Assembly (NCBI GenBank): GCA_963707915.1
Contig: OY970178.1
Coordinates: 3,136,001 to 3,200,000, forward strand
Direction of reading: 5' to 3'
Origin: Candidatus Eiseniibacteriota bacterium
Lineage (GTDB): Bacteria; Eisenbacteria; RBG-16-71-46
Length of the DNA stretch: 64,000 bases
Shown here piece by piece: positions 46,914 to 57,277 of the stretch. The notes under the pieces are model-generated. The model saw only the letters and a program-made list of their open reading frames with translations. It was not told the DNA's origin and searched no databases. Within the stretch, counting starts at the first letter, position 1. Each line of letters begins with the position of its first letter. The position numbers and the translations under genes were made by a program.

Positions 46914-48611
46914 ATGAACGTCGCGACCATCGCACTGATGCTCGTCGTCCTCGTCCACGGCGGCGGCAGTGGGCTCGCGGGCCCGTACCTGCCGCCCGCC
47001 GACCTTGTCGTGCGCGGCGCGGTCATCCACACCGGCACCGGCGGCGCGTGGACGCCCAGCGCCATGGCCATCCGCCACGGGCGCATCATCCAGATCGGCA
47101 ACGAGCCCTCGGTCTCGCCCTTGATCGGCGCGGGCACGCACGTGCTCGACCTCGGCGGCCTCACGGTCCTGCCCGGGTTGGTGGACTCGCACGGTCACGT
47201 GCTGGGGCTCGGCGGCCTGCTCGCCGACGCGGACGTGACGGCGACGACCTCGTACGCGGCGGTGGTCGAGTCGGTGCGGGTGCGCGCCGCGCGCACGCCG
47301 GCCGGGGAGTGGATCCGGGGACGCGGCTGGGACCAGAACGACTGGGCGGATCCGTCCTTCCCGCATCACGCCGCGCTCTCGGCCGCGGTGCCGGACCATC
47401 CGGTGGCGCTCACCCGCGTGGACGGGCACGCGCTGCTGGTCAACCGCCGCGCGCTCGAGCGGGCCCACATCACGCGCGACACCCCCGATCCGCCGGGCGG
47501 CGAGATCCTGCACGGCGCCGACGGCGAGCCCACCGGCGTGCTGGTGGACGCCGCGATCGACCTGGTCACGGCGGTCATTCCCCCGTTCACGCCCGCGCAG
47601 CGCGAGGAGCGAATGCTCGCCGCCATGCGCGAGTGCGCCCGCGTCGGTCTCACCATGGTCGGCGACGCGGGCATCGAACGCGAGACCTGGGATGCCTACC
47701 GGGCGCTGCTGGCGCGCGGCACGTTCCCGATCCGCATCAACGCCATGGCGAGCGTGCCCGGGGGCCTGGCCGACGAGTTGCTGGCGACCGGCCCGCGGGA
47801 GGGCGACCGCCTGATGCTGCGCGCGCTCAAGGTCGTGGCCGACGGCGCGCTGGGCTCGCGCGGGGCGCTGCTCTCGGCCGACTACAGCGACCAGCCCGGG
47901 CACCGCGGGCTCGTGACCTTCCCCTTCGACAGCCTCGAGCGCGTGGCCGGACGCGCACGGGCGAAGGGCCTGCAGGTGCGCGTGCACTGCATCGGCGACC
48001 TCGCCGTCACGAAGACCCTGGACGCCTTCGAGCACGCCTTCGGCGGGCGGCCGCGCCCCGCCCTGCGCTGGGCCATCGAGCACGCGCAGGTCGTGCGCCC
48101 CGAGGACGTCCGGCGCTTCGCGCGGCTCGGCGTCGTCGCGTCGATGCAGGCCACGCACGCGACCTCCGACGGCCCGTGGGCCGGGCGCCGCCTGGGCCCG
48201 GAGCGCGTGACGTGGTCCTACGCCTGGCGGCAGTTCCTCGACGCCGGCGCGCGCTTCGCCGACGGCAGCGACTTCCCGGTCGAGAGCGCGAACCCGATGC
48301 TGGGCCTCTACGCCGCGATCACGCGGCGCGACCTGGCGGGGGAGCTGCCCGCGGGCGGCTGGCGGCCTGAGGAGCGCCTCACCGCGGACGAGGCGCTCAG
48401 GAGCTTCACTATCTGGGGCGCCTGGCTCGCCTTCCGCGACCGCGACCTGGGCTCGCTCGAGATCGGCAAGCAGGCCGACTTCATCGTGCTGGACCGCGAC
48501 CCCATCCTCGGCCCGGTCGCCGACATCCCGAAGACGCGTGTCCTGCGCACCGTGGTGGCGGGCGAGACGGTGTACGAGGCGGACACGCCGGGCGAACCCC
48601 TCCGGCCATGA
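46914..48611 (+). CDS. Amidohydrolase (YtcJ-like, Amidohydro_3)
   Basis: PGLVDSHGH, WIRGRGWDQ, DGALGSRGA, VHCIGD, IEHAQ, GSDFPVE, GKQADF. Confidence 0.92.
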   Translation: MNVATIALMLVVLVHGGGSGLAGPYLPPADLVVRGAVIHTGTGGAWTPSAMAIRHGRIIQIGNEPSVSPLIGAGTHVLDLGGLTVLPGLVDSHGHVLGLGGLLADADVTATTSYAAVVESVRVRAARTPAGEWIRGRGWDQNDWADPSFPHHAALSAAVPDHPVALTRVDGHALLVNRRALERAHITRDTPDPPGGEILHGADGEPTGVLVDAAIDLVTAVIPPFTPAQREERMLAAMRECARVGLTMVGDAGIERETWDAYRALLARGTFPIRINAMASVPGGLADELLATGPREGDRLMLRALKVVADGALGSRGALLSADYSDQPGHRGLVTFPFDSLERVAGRARAKGLQVRVHCIGDLAVTKTLDAFEHAFGGRPRPALRWAIEHAQVVRPEDVRRFARLGVVASMQATHATSDGPWAGRRLGPERVTWSYAWRQFLDAGARFADGSDFPVESANPMLGLYAAITRRDLAGELPAGGWRPEERLTADEALRSFTIWGAWLAFRDRDLGSLEIGKQADFIVLDRDPILGPVADIPKTRVLRTVVAGETVYEADTPGEPLRP

Positions 48612-50392
48612 TGCGGGCCGCGTCCCGCGCCGTCCGCCCCTTCGAGCGGACCTGGGGGCAGGCGGCCGCGTTCCTGGACCGCTCGCGGCGGCTGAACCTC
48701 GCGGACCTGCTGGTGCTGCTGGGGATCGCGGGGCTGTTCATCGGCGTCGCGCGGGTCGGGCACGAGTGGACCGGGACGCTGCGGCCGGTCGTGAGCATCG
48801 ACCTCTCGCCCGCGGCGCTGCCGCGCTACGCGTTCTATTCGCTCTCCCGCGGGCTGCTGGCCTACGTGCTGTCGCTGGCCTTCACGCTGGTCTACGGCTA
48901 CTGGGCCGCCAAGGACCGGCTGGCCGAGCGCGTGCTGATGCCGCTGCTCGACGTCCTGCAGAGCGTGCCGATCCTGGGCTTCATGCCGGGGCTGGTGCTG
49001 GCCCTGGTCGCGCTCTTCCCGCGCACCAATACCGGCCTCGAGCTGGCCGCCGTGCTCATGATGTTCACCGGCCAGGTGTGGAACATGACCTTCAGCTTCC
49101 ACCACTCCCTGCGCTCGGTCCCGCAGGAGCTCCAGGAGGTGGCGTCGGCCTACCGCTTCACCGCCTGGCAGCGGCTCCGGCGGGTCGAGCTGCCGTCGGC
49201 CACCACCGGGCTGGTGTGGAACAGCATGATGAGCATGGCCGGCGGCTGGTTCTTCCTGATGATCAACGAGGCCTTCGTGCTCGGCGACCGCGACTTCCGC
49301 CTGCCCGGGCTGGGTTCCTACATGAGCGTCGCGGTGGCGCACGGCGACGGGCGCGCGATGGTGTGGGCGGTGATCGCGATGACCGGGATGATCGTGCTGC
49401 TCGACCAGTTGCTCTGGCGGCCGGCGGTGGTGTGGGCGCAGCGCTTCCGCACCGAGGAGACGGCCTCCGCGCAGTCCGAGACCTCGTGGTTCCTGGACTG
49501 GCTGCGTCGCTCGCACCTGCCGCGCGCGCTGGCGCGCCTGCTGCGCGTGGCGGGGCGCCGGCTGCCGGGGCCGGGGCGCGGCGCGCGGCGCGAGGCGGCG
49601 CCGCCCGCCCCCGTGCCACGGTCGCCGGCCGGTCGCGGCATCGGGCGCCGGGCGCTCTCGATCGCGGCCTTCGCCGCGTTGACCGGCCTGCTGCTCTTCG
49701 CCGGGGTCCGCCTGGTCGCGCTGCTCGGCGCGCTGGCCCCGGCGCGCTGGCTGGCGCTGGTCGGCGCCGCGCTGGTGACGCTGCTGCGCGTGCTGGTGGC
49801 GGTGGTGCTGGGCACGCTGTGGACGCTGCCGGCCGGCCTGGCGATCGGCCTCTCGCCCCGGCTCTCCCGCGCGCTCCAGCCGGTGACGCAGGTGGCGGCC
49901 TCGTTCCCGGCGCCGATGCTGTTCCCGGCGGTGCTGGCGCTGCTGCACCTCATGGGTGTGCCGCTCACGGTCGGCAGCGTCGTGCTCATGCTGCTGGGCA
50001 CGCAGTGGTACATCCTCTTCAACGTCGTGGCCGGGGCGAGCGCGATCCCCACCGACCTGCGGGAGGCCGCGACCAGCTACCGCCTGACGCGCTGGCAGCG
50101 CTTCAGGTCGCTCCACGCGCCGGCGGTGTTCCCCTACCTGGTGACCGGGTGGGTGACCGCGGCGGGCGGGGCCTGGAACGCCAGCATCGTCGCCGAGTAC
50201 GTCAGCTTCCACGGCCAGGTGCATACCGCCTGGGGCGTGGGCTCGCAGATCAGCCTGGCCGCGCAGCACGCGGACTTCCCCGCCCTGGCCGCGGGCGTGA
50301 CGGTGCTCTCGGTCATGGTCGTGATCTTCAACCGCCTGGTGTGGCGACGCTGCTATCATCTGGCCGAGCGGCGCTACTCGCTGGACTTCTGA
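48608..50392 (+). CDS. ABC transporter permease (duplicated BPD_transp_1, NitT/TauT-like)
   Basis: LDVLQSVPILGF, QVWNMTFS, WNSMMSMAGGWFFL, GGAWNASIVAE. Confidence 0.9.
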   Translation: MMRAASRAVRPFERTWGQAAAFLDRSRRLNLADLLVLLGIAGLFIGVARVGHEWTGTLRPVVSIDLSPAALPRYAFYSLSRGLLAYVLSLAFTLVYGYWAAKDRLAERVLMPLLDVLQSVPILGFMPGLVLALVALFPRTNTGLELAAVLMMFTGQVWNMTFSFHHSLRSVPQELQEVASAYRFTAWQRLRRVELPSATTGLVWNSMMSMAGGWFFLMINEAFVLGDRDFRLPGLGSYMSVAVAHGDGRAMVWAVIAMTGMIVLLDQLLWRPAVVWAQRFRTEETASAQSETSWFLDWLRRSHLPRALARLLRVAGRRLPGPGRGARREAAPPAPVPRSPAGRGIGRRALSIAAFAALTGLLLFAGVRLVALLGALAPARWLALVGAALVTLLRVLVAVVLGTLWTLPAGLAIGLSPRLSRALQPVTQVAASFPAPMLFPAVLALLHLMGVPLTVGSVVLMLLGTQWYILFNVVAGASAIPTDLREAATSYRLTRWQRFRSLHAPAVFPYLVTGWVTAAGGAWNASIVAEYVSFHGQVHTAWGVGSQISLAAQHADFPALAAGVTVLSVMVVIFNRLVWRRCYHLAERRYSLDF

Positions 50393-50402
50393 GAGGAGAG
50401 CC

Positions 50403-51710
50403 ATGAGCGCGACCATCTCCACGGGGACCGCGACGAAGGCGCTGTGCGAGGCGCGCGGGGTCGGGCACGTGTTCCGCCAGGCCGGCGGGCGCGACCTGCG
50501 CGTGCTCGAGGGCATCGACCTCGAGATCCGGCCCGGCGAGATCGTCGCCCTGCTCGGGCCCTCGGGTTGCGGCAAGTCCACGCTGATGCGGATCCTCGCC
50601 GGGCTGATCCGGGCCACGGAGGGCGAGGTGCTGGCGGGCGGCGTGCCGCTGGCGGGGCTCCACCCCGGCGTGGCGGTGGTGTTCCAGAGCGCGGCGCTCT
50701 ACCCGTGGATGACGGTCACCGGGAACATCCGCGCGGTGCTGGAGACGCGCGGCCTGCCGGCGGACGAGATCGCCCGCCGCGTCGCCGCCGCGGTCGCCAC
50801 CGTCGGCCTCGCCGGCTTCGAGGATTCCTACCCGCGCCAGCTCTCGGGCGGCATGAAGCAGCGCGCCGGCATCGCGCGCGCCCTCTCGGTCGAGCCCGCC
50901 CTGCTCTTCATGGACGAGCCCTTCAGCGCGGTGGACGCGCTCACCGCCGAGAGCCTGCGCGCCGAGGTGGTGGACATCTGGCTCTCGCACCGCACGCCGC
51001 TGTCCTCGATCCTGATGGTCAGCCACGACATCAAGGAGGTCGTCTACATGGCGGACCGGGTGGTGGTGCTGAGCGCGAACCCGGGCCGCATCCACACCGT
51101 GATCGAGAACCGCCTGGCCCGGCCGCGGGACTACCGTTCCCCCGAGCTGTTGCGCCTGGTGGACGAACTGCACGACGTCATCACCGGCCGCGAGCTGCCC
51201 GACGCGGGCGTCCCGCCGCCGGGCGCCGAGCCGATCGAGCCGCTGCCCGACGCCTCGGCCAGCGAGATCAAGGGCCTGCTCGAGTACCTCGACGCGCGCG
51301 GCGGGCGCGAGGACGTGTTCCGCATCTCCGCCGAGACCAACCGCGAGTTCGGCCGGGTCATCACCGTGGTCAAGGCGGCGGAGATGCTCGACTTCGTGGA
51401 CACGCCGAGGCGGACGGTGGTCCTCGAGGCGGAGGGCCGGCGCTTCGTCGCCGCCCCGCCGGCGGAGCGCACCGCGATCTGGCACGAGCGGCTGCTCACG
51501 CTTCGGCTGTTCCGGCAGCTGGTCGCGGCGCTGGAGCGCGAACCACGGCGGCGGGTCGAGCGCGACGCGGTGCTCGAGATCCTGGCCATCGCGATGCCCC
51601 AGGAGGACCTCGAGCGCGTCTTCGCCACGCTGGTCCGCTGGGCCCAGGCCGGCGACCTGTTCGACTACGACGAGCACTCCGGGGAGTTGGTGATGGAGCG
51701 GCCGGGCTGA
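50403..51710 (+). CDS. Nitrate/sulfonate-type ABC transporter ATP-binding protein with C-terminal AAA-associated domain
   Basis: GPSGCGKST, LSGGMKQR, FMDEPF, VSHD; C-terminal extension ending WAQAGDLFDYD. Confidence 0.9.
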   Translation: MSATISTGTATKALCEARGVGHVFRQAGGRDLRVLEGIDLEIRPGEIVALLGPSGCGKSTLMRILAGLIRATEGEVLAGGVPLAGLHPGVAVVFQSAALYPWMTVTGNIRAVLETRGLPADEIARRVAAAVATVGLAGFEDSYPRQLSGGMKQRAGIARALSVEPALLFMDEPFSAVDALTAESLRAEVVDIWLSHRTPLSSILMVSHDIKEVVYMADRVVVLSANPGRIHTVIENRLARPRDYRSPELLRLVDELHDVITGRELPDAGVPPPGAEPIEPLPDASASEIKGLLEYLDARGGREDVFRISAETNREFGRVITVVKAAEMLDFVDTPRRTVVLEAEGRRFVAAPPAERTAIWHERLLTLRLFRQLVAALEREPRRRVERDAVLEILAIAMPQEDLERVFATLVRWAQAGDLFDYDEHSGELVMERPG

Positions 51711-51794
51711 GGCCGGCGGGCGGGCGGCTCATCCCGGGCCCTCGGCCGGCCGATAACCCCTCCGGGGCCGGGAAGGGGCGCGAAATCGCCAGGA

Positions 51795-51823
51795 TTGACG
51801 GTCCCGGACCCCCATGCTACGGT
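51795..51823 (+). promoter_or_regulatory. Sigma70-like promoter upstream of phoH
   Basis: TTGACG-N17-TACGGT with TG extended -10. Confidence 0.45.
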
Positions 51824-52074
51824 CGATTCGTCGCCCGGAGAGGACCTCCGGGCCGCCGGGTTGGCAGCTCGTCGCGCGGGTGCGTCAACTCAATGGACCA
51901 TAACAGGTTGACTACGACCGACCTTGTCCGACAGGCAGCCGGCCTCACGCTTGCCCCGCCCCGTCATCGGGCCTCAAGGGTCGGGAACCTCGTGTCCTTC
52001 CCGGCCCAAAGGATGATGGCCGCGCCACTCCTGAACGCCCCGCGCCCCGCACCGGCGCGCCGGAGGCTCCCAAC

Positions 52075-53157
52075 GTGATCGTCCGCAAGTTCCCCATCGA
52101 GCACCTCGACGCCATCACCCTGCTGGGGCAGAACGACGCCAACATCCGGCACATCGAGCGCGTCCTGCCGGTGCGCCTCACGCTGCGCGACGGCACGATC
52201 ACGGTGGCGGGCGAGGAGGCGCCGGTGACGGCGGCCGCCGCCGCGCTGCAACAGCTGGTGAACCTGGCCGAGCGCGGCAAGGTGGTCGAGGAGGCGGACG
52301 TCGCCACGGCGCTCGGGGCCGGGGGCAGGGACGGCAGGAACGCCCGGCTCGCCGAGGCCTACGAGGGCGCGCCGGGCTACGCGTTCGACCGGCGCGCGGT
52401 GCGCCCGCGCACGCCCACGCAGGCCGAGTACATGAAGGCGCTCGAGGAGTTCGACGTCGTCTTCGGCATCGGTCCCGCCGGCACCGGCAAGACCTACCTG
52501 GCGGTGGCGGCGGCGGTGAACGCCCTGCGTCGCAAGAGCGTGGACCGCATCGTGCTGGTCCGCCCGGCGGTCGAGGCGGGGGAGAACCTCGGCTTCCTCC
52601 CGGGCGACATGCAGGAGAAGGTGGATCCCTACCTGCGCCCGATGTACGACGCGCTCTCGGACATGATGTCCTACGACAAGATGCGCCGCTACATCGAGAT
52701 GGGCGTGATCGAGATCGCGCCGCTGGCGTTCATGCGCGGCCGCACGCTGCACAATTCGCTGGTCATCCTGGACGAGGCGCAGAACACCACGCTGCGGCAG
52801 ATGAAGATGTTCCTGACGCGCCTGGGCGTGAACTCGAAGGCGGTGGTGACCGGCGATGTCACCCAGATCGACCTGCAGAGCCCGGAGTCCTCGGGGCTGG
52901 TGCGCATCCAGACCATCCTCGGCGGCATCCCGGGGATGAAGTTCGTCTACTTCCACCCGGAGGACGTGGTGCGCCACCGGCTGGTGCGCGACATCCTGCA
53001 GGCGTTCGAGTCGTACCACGCCCGCGTGGACGGCAAGGAGGAGGACGGCGTGGGCGAGAGCCTCGAGTCCGGAGCGCAGCCCGAAGCTCCCGCCGGCCCG
53101 CCGCCGGCGTCCGCGGCCACCGACCCTGCCGCGTCCGGACGCGGCTCCGCGCACTGA
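52075..53157 (+). CDS. phoH: PhoH family ATPase
   Basis: GPAGTGKTY, RPAVEAGENLGFLPGD, PLAFMRGRT, DEAQN, GDVTQIDL, DVVRH. Confidence 0.95.
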   Translation: MIVRKFPIEHLDAITLLGQNDANIRHIERVLPVRLTLRDGTITVAGEEAPVTAAAAALQQLVNLAERGKVVEEADVATALGAGGRDGRNARLAEAYEGAPGYAFDRRAVRPRTPTQAEYMKALEEFDVVFGIGPAGTGKTYLAVAAAVNALRRKSVDRIVLVRPAVEAGENLGFLPGDMQEKVDPYLRPMYDALSDMMSYDKMRRYIEMGVIEIAPLAFMRGRTLHNSLVILDEAQNTTLRQMKMFLTRLGVNSKAVVTGDVTQIDLQSPESSGLVRIQTILGGIPGMKFVYFHPEDVVRHRLVRDILQAFESYHARVDGKEEDGVGESLESGAQPEAPAGPPPASAATDPAASGRGSAH

Positions 53158-53179
53158 GCCCCGACCGGCTGCCGGCTCG

Positions 53180-55378
53180 ATGACCCTCCAGGAACAGCCC
53201 GCCCTTCCCGACCGGGCCCGCCGCGTCCGGTGGGGCTACTTCGGCGTGCGCCTGCTGCTCGTCCTGCTGCTGCTCGCGCTCGCCGCGCTGCTGCCCGGCC
53301 TGCGGGGCGGAGGCGAGCGCTTCCACTACCGCGAGGGCGACATCATGCGCGAGCGCGTGGTGGCGCCCTACGACTTCCGGGTCGAGAAGGACGAGGCCAC
53401 GCTGCGCCACGAACAGGCCCAGGCCGCGGCCGCCGTGCCTCCCGTGTTCGTGGTGGACACGCGGGTCTCGGCCGAGATGCTGGCGCGCCTGGCCACCTTC
53501 CAGGAGAAGGTGTTCGGCGTGGTGCTCTCGCCCGGGGTCAAGCCCGCCGACCGCGCGCGGCGCGTGCGCGCGCTGGGGGTGACGCTGAGCGAGGAGAGCG
53601 CGATCGCGCTGTCGGCCCCGGGGCGCGCGCGTCGGGCGCTGCGCGAACTGGGCGGCTGGCTCAACGACCTCTACGGCTCCGGCGTGGTGGCGGAGAAGCG
53701 CAACGGCACGGTCCAGGGCGACCGCTCGATCAACCTGCGGGACGGCGAGTCGGAGGCGCCGCGCTCGGTGAGCCTGCTGTACGACCGGCGCGAGGCGCTG
53801 GCGCTCATCGCCCGTCGCGCCGCGAGCGCGTTCCCGGACGACGCGCCCGGGGTGCGGCTGGTGGCCGAGCTGGCGGGCTCGTTCCTGCAGCCCAACATCG
53901 TCCCCGACCGGGCCGAGACCGAGTGGCGCCGCGTGCAGGCGCAGGGGGCGGTCCCGGCGCTGCTGGGTTTCGTCAAGAAGGACGAGCTCATCGTGGACGC
54001 CAACGAGAAGATCACGCGGGAGACGCTCAACCGGCTGCGCTCGCTGGAGAATCTCGAGGCCGCGCAGCGGGAGCCGCGCGAGCTGTTCTATCCGCCGCTG
54101 GCGCGCGCGCTGCTGCTGCTGCTCTTCATGGCCGCCTTCGTGACCTACCTGCGCATGGAGCTGCCGGCGGTCTACCGCGACAACGCCATGCTCGCGCTGT
54201 TCGCGCTGCTGACGGCGATCGTCATGGCCGCGGCCGAATCGCTGGTGGGCCGCTACGGCCTCCCGGTGCTGATCGTCCCGCTGGCGGCGGCGCCGCTGGT
54301 GACCGCCTCGGTGCTCGAGAAGCGCCCGGCGGTGGTGTTCACCCTGATGCTCGCGGTGGCGGTGACCGCGGTGAGCGAGCTCAAGGCGCCGTTCGTGGCG
54401 ATGGCCGTGATGGGCGGCGTGACCGCGGTCTACTCGGTGGCGCGGCTGCGCCACCGCTGGCACTTCGCCGTGGCCGCCTTCTCCATCGCCTTCGCCAACC
54501 TGTTCGCCATCCTGACGTGGGACCTGGGGCAGCAGGCCAAGCCCGAGATGCTGGCGCAGGACGCGGCCTGGGGCGTGGGCGGAGCGTTCCTCTCGGTGGC
54601 GCTGGCCTACCTGCTGCTGCCCGTCGCGGAGCACCTGTTCGGCCTGACCTCGGACATCACGCTGCTCGAACTGTCGGACCTGAACCGGCCGCTGCTGAAG
54701 CGGCTGCAACTCGAGGCGCCGGGGACCTACCACCACAGCATGGTGGTGGGCAGCCTGGCGGAGCGCGCGGCCGAGGCGATCGGCGCCAACTCGCTGCTGG
54801 CGCGGGTCTCGGCCTACTACCACGACATCGGCAAGCTGGCGAAGCCCGAGTACTTCAACGAGAACATCCTGCCCCACGTGCGCAACCCGCACGAGAAGCT
54901 CTCGCCTAACATGAGCATGCTGGTGGTGAAGTCGCACCTCAACGAGGGGACGGACATGGCGCGCCGCGAGCACCTGCCGCGCGCGGTCCGCGCTGCCATC
55001 CCCGAGCACCACGGCACCATGACGATGGCGTTCTTCTACGCCAAGGCGCTCGAGCTGGATCCCGGGGCGCGGCGCGAGGACTTCTCCTACCCCGGCCCGC
55101 GTCCGCGATCGCGCGAGACCGCCATCCTGATGCTCGCCGACGGCATCGAGGGCGCCTCGCGCGCGCTCTCGGAGCCGACCCCGAGCCGCATCCGCGGCCT
55201 GGTGACGCGCAACATCGAGGAGCGCGTGCACCAGGGGCAGCTCGACGAGTGCGGGCTGACGCTGCAGGAGCTGGCGAGGATCCGCGAGGCCTTCATCCCG
55301 GTGCTGATCGCCACCTTCCACGTGCGGGTCAAGTACCCCGAGATCCCGCGGCCGGCCGATGCCCGTCTCCGTCGCTAG
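53180..55378 (+). CDS. 7TM-HD phosphohydrolase (PgpH-like cyclic-dinucleotide phosphodiesterase family)
   Basis: Extracellular domain, multiple TMs, APGTYHHS, YYHDIGK, EHHGT, YPGPRP, MLAD. Confidence 0.9.
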   Translation: MTLQEQPALPDRARRVRWGYFGVRLLLVLLLLALAALLPGLRGGGERFHYREGDIMRERVVAPYDFRVEKDEATLRHEQAQAAAAVPPVFVVDTRVSAEMLARLATFQEKVFGVVLSPGVKPADRARRVRALGVTLSEESAIALSAPGRARRALRELGGWLNDLYGSGVVAEKRNGTVQGDRSINLRDGESEAPRSVSLLYDRREALALIARRAASAFPDDAPGVRLVAELAGSFLQPNIVPDRAETEWRRVQAQGAVPALLGFVKKDELIVDANEKITRETLNRLRSLENLEAAQREPRELFYPPLARALLLLLFMAAFVTYLRMELPAVYRDNAMLALFALLTAIVMAAAESLVGRYGLPVLIVPLAAAPLVTASVLEKRPAVVFTLMLAVAVTAVSELKAPFVAMAVMGGVTAVYSVARLRHRWHFAVAAFSIAFANLFAILTWDLGQQAKPEMLAQDAAWGVGGAFLSVALAYLLLPVAEHLFGLTSDITLLELSDLNRPLLKRLQLEAPGTYHHSMVVGSLAERAAEAIGANSLLARVSAYYHDIGKLAKPEYFNENILPHVRNPHEKLSPNMSMLVVKSHLNEGTDMARREHLPRAVRAAIPEHHGTMTMAFFYAKALELDPGARREDFSYPGPRPRSRETAILMLADGIEGASRALSEPTPSRIRGLVTRNIEERVHQGQLDECGLTLQELARIREAFIPVLIATFHVRVKYPEIPRPADARLRR

Positions 55379-55844
55379 CCCGGACCCGACTTCGTCGGGT
55401 GCCCGGCTCACGGGCGCGGCGGCGCCGCTGCGCACCGCCGTGCTGGCGGCGCTGGCGCTCGAGGGCCGGCGCGCCGGCGAGGTCGCGGTGGTGCTGGCCG
55501 ACGACGCGAAGCTGCGCGAGCTGAACCGGGAGTAGCGCGGCCTCGACCGTGCCACCGACGTGCTCTCCTTCGGCTACGACGAGGGCGGCGACGACGAGGT
55601 GGACGGCGACATCGTGGTCTCGCTCGCCCGGGTGCGCGCCCAGGCCGGGCGCTTCCGCGTGACCCCGGGCCGGGAGCTGGCGCGCGTGGTGGTGCACGGG
55701 GCGCTGCACCTGGCGGGGCTCGACCACCAGGGCGCCGCGGAGCGCCGCCGCATGCGCGCCCGCGAGGACCGCGTGCTGCGCTCGCTGCGCGAGGCGGTCG
55801 CGGATCTGGACGAGGCGCTGAAGCGGAGCCGGGCCGGGCGCTGA
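55359..55844 (+). pseudogene. ybeY: rRNA maturation factor YbeY with in-frame TAG at 55533-55535
   Basis: LRELNRE*RGLDRATDVLSF, GDIVVS, HGALHLAGLDH; the stop falls where homologues usually have Y/W/F. Confidence 0.85.
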
Positions 55845-55894
55845 GATCCCCGGCGGGTCCGCGGGGCGACCGCCCCGCCGGGAAGCACGGTCGC

Positions 55895-57277
55895 TCACGC
55901 CGCCGGGCGCGTGACCGTCGTGCGGGGCCTCCCGAAGCACTTCAGCGCGTGGCGCAGGCGCTCCTCGAGCGGGGCATCGGGCATGGCCTCGCAGCACTCC
56001 GCCGCCCGGCGCGCCTCGTCCGCGCGCATCCCGAGGGTGCGCAGCCAGGGCACGACCTCCGCCGCCGCTGCGGCACGGACGCGGGCTTCCTCGGCTGCCG
56101 CCGCCGCGCGTGCGCGCGCCTCCTCGGCCGCCGCGGCACGGACGCGAGTCTCTTCGGCAGCAGCGGCTGCGGCGCGACGATGCGCTGGTTCCGCCGCGTG
56201 CTGCGCCGCCTCGCGCTTGTGGCTCATGAAGCCCGCCCCGAACGCGCACTCGGCCGCGTACTGGTTGTGGGCCCGGCAGCGCAGCCGCATCCCGTTCACC
56301 GTCGCGCGGCCGCCGCGCGCCACCGGCTCGACATGGTCGAACTCGAGCCGATGACGCGCCTCACAGCGGTGACCGGCGGCGCTCACGAACGTGCACTGCC
56401 CGCCGTCGCGCCGCCACACCTCGCGCCGTACGTCGGCCGGGACGTGGCGCGGGTTCCGGGAGATGCGTCGTGCTGACCGCGGCCGCGGCCGGTCGGTGGC
56501 GGCGCACTTGCGTCGCTCGAGTTGGCGGATGAGAGCGTCGAGGGCGCGGTCGAGCACCTGCGCGATCTCCCCGGAGGGGACGGCGTGGCCGAGCATCGCT
56601 TGGGCGTGGCGCAGCTTCTCGTGGGTGGCGCCGGAGATGGTCAACTGGAGCGAGTAGCGTCCGGGCGCGGTGGGTGCGAGGCGGGCGGGCGGCGCAGCCT
56701 CGACCCGCGCAGGTTGCGTGACGCTTAACTTTACTCGCTCCAGAGCGAGTGATTTCAAGTCAAACTGAACATCGCCATCCGTGGGAGGCGTCACGTCGGA
56801 GTCCGTGCCGTTGGAACCCATCGCGGCAGGTCCTTCCACGGGCAGCCCGGTCACCAGCGGGAGCAGGTCGGTGCGGGGGAAGCGGTGCGCCAGCCACTCG
56901 TCGATCTCGGTCCTGGTTCTGCCGGCCACGGCGGCGAGCAACTCGCCGGCGTTGGCCTCCGACAGATACGGGGCGAGCAGGATCACGGCGGTGAGGTTGA
57001 GGCGGCCGTCGGCCAGCCGATCGAAGACGGCAGGGAAGCGGCGGGCGACGCGGGCGGCCTGGATGCGGCGATAGGCCGCGTCGGCGGCGAGGCCCAACTC
57101 CGCGACGCACCAGGTGAACATCGAGGGGTAGCCGGCATCGGCGTACAGCCGGCGGGCATCCACCTCGGCAAGGTGGGCGACGAGCATGGCGGTGGTGGTG
57201 CGGTCCTGGGCGACCAGTGAGCGCAGGCCCCGGAGCAGGTCGGGATCGGCGAGGTGGAAGAGCGAGAAGCGGTTCAC
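55895..57277 (-). CDS. DUF222-like domain plus HNH endonuclease protein
   Basis: HLAEVDARRLY..AGYPSMF; VRREVWRRDGGQC..C..LEFDHVEPVARGG...RCRAHN; Ala/Glu-rich repeats and helical C-tail. Confidence 0.85.
   Translation of the reverse strand: MNRFSLFHLADPDLLRGLRSLVAQDRTTTAMLVAHLAEVDARRLYADAGYPSMFTWCVAELGLAADAAYRRIQAARVARRFPAVFDRLADGRLNLTAVILLAPYLSEANAGELLAAVAGRTRTEIDEWLAHRFPRTDLLPLVTGLPVEGPAAMGSNGTDSDVTPPTDGDVQFDLKSLALERVKLSVTQPARVEAAPPARLAPTAPGRYSLQLTISGATHEKLRHAQAMLGHAVPSGEIAQVLDRALDALIRQLERRKCAATDRPRPRSARRISRNPRHVPADVRREVWRRDGGQCTFVSAAGHRCEARHRLEFDHVEPVARGGRATVNGMRLRCRAHNQYAAECAFGAGFMSHKREAAQHAAEPAHRRAAAAAAEETRVRAAAAEEARARAAAAAEEARVRAAAAAEVVPWLRTLGMRADEARRAAECCEAMPDAPLEERLRHALKCFGRPRTTVTRPAA

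Noticed and set aside
55533..55535. Genome-wide TAG reassignment
   Set aside because: TAG ends conserved genes at their expected C-termini here (aspS, glyS, the 7TM-HD gene).
56060..56175. Tandem DNA repeat or small array inside the HNH gene
   Set aside because: Explained by coding Ala/Glu/Arg helical repeats; there are no unique spacers.
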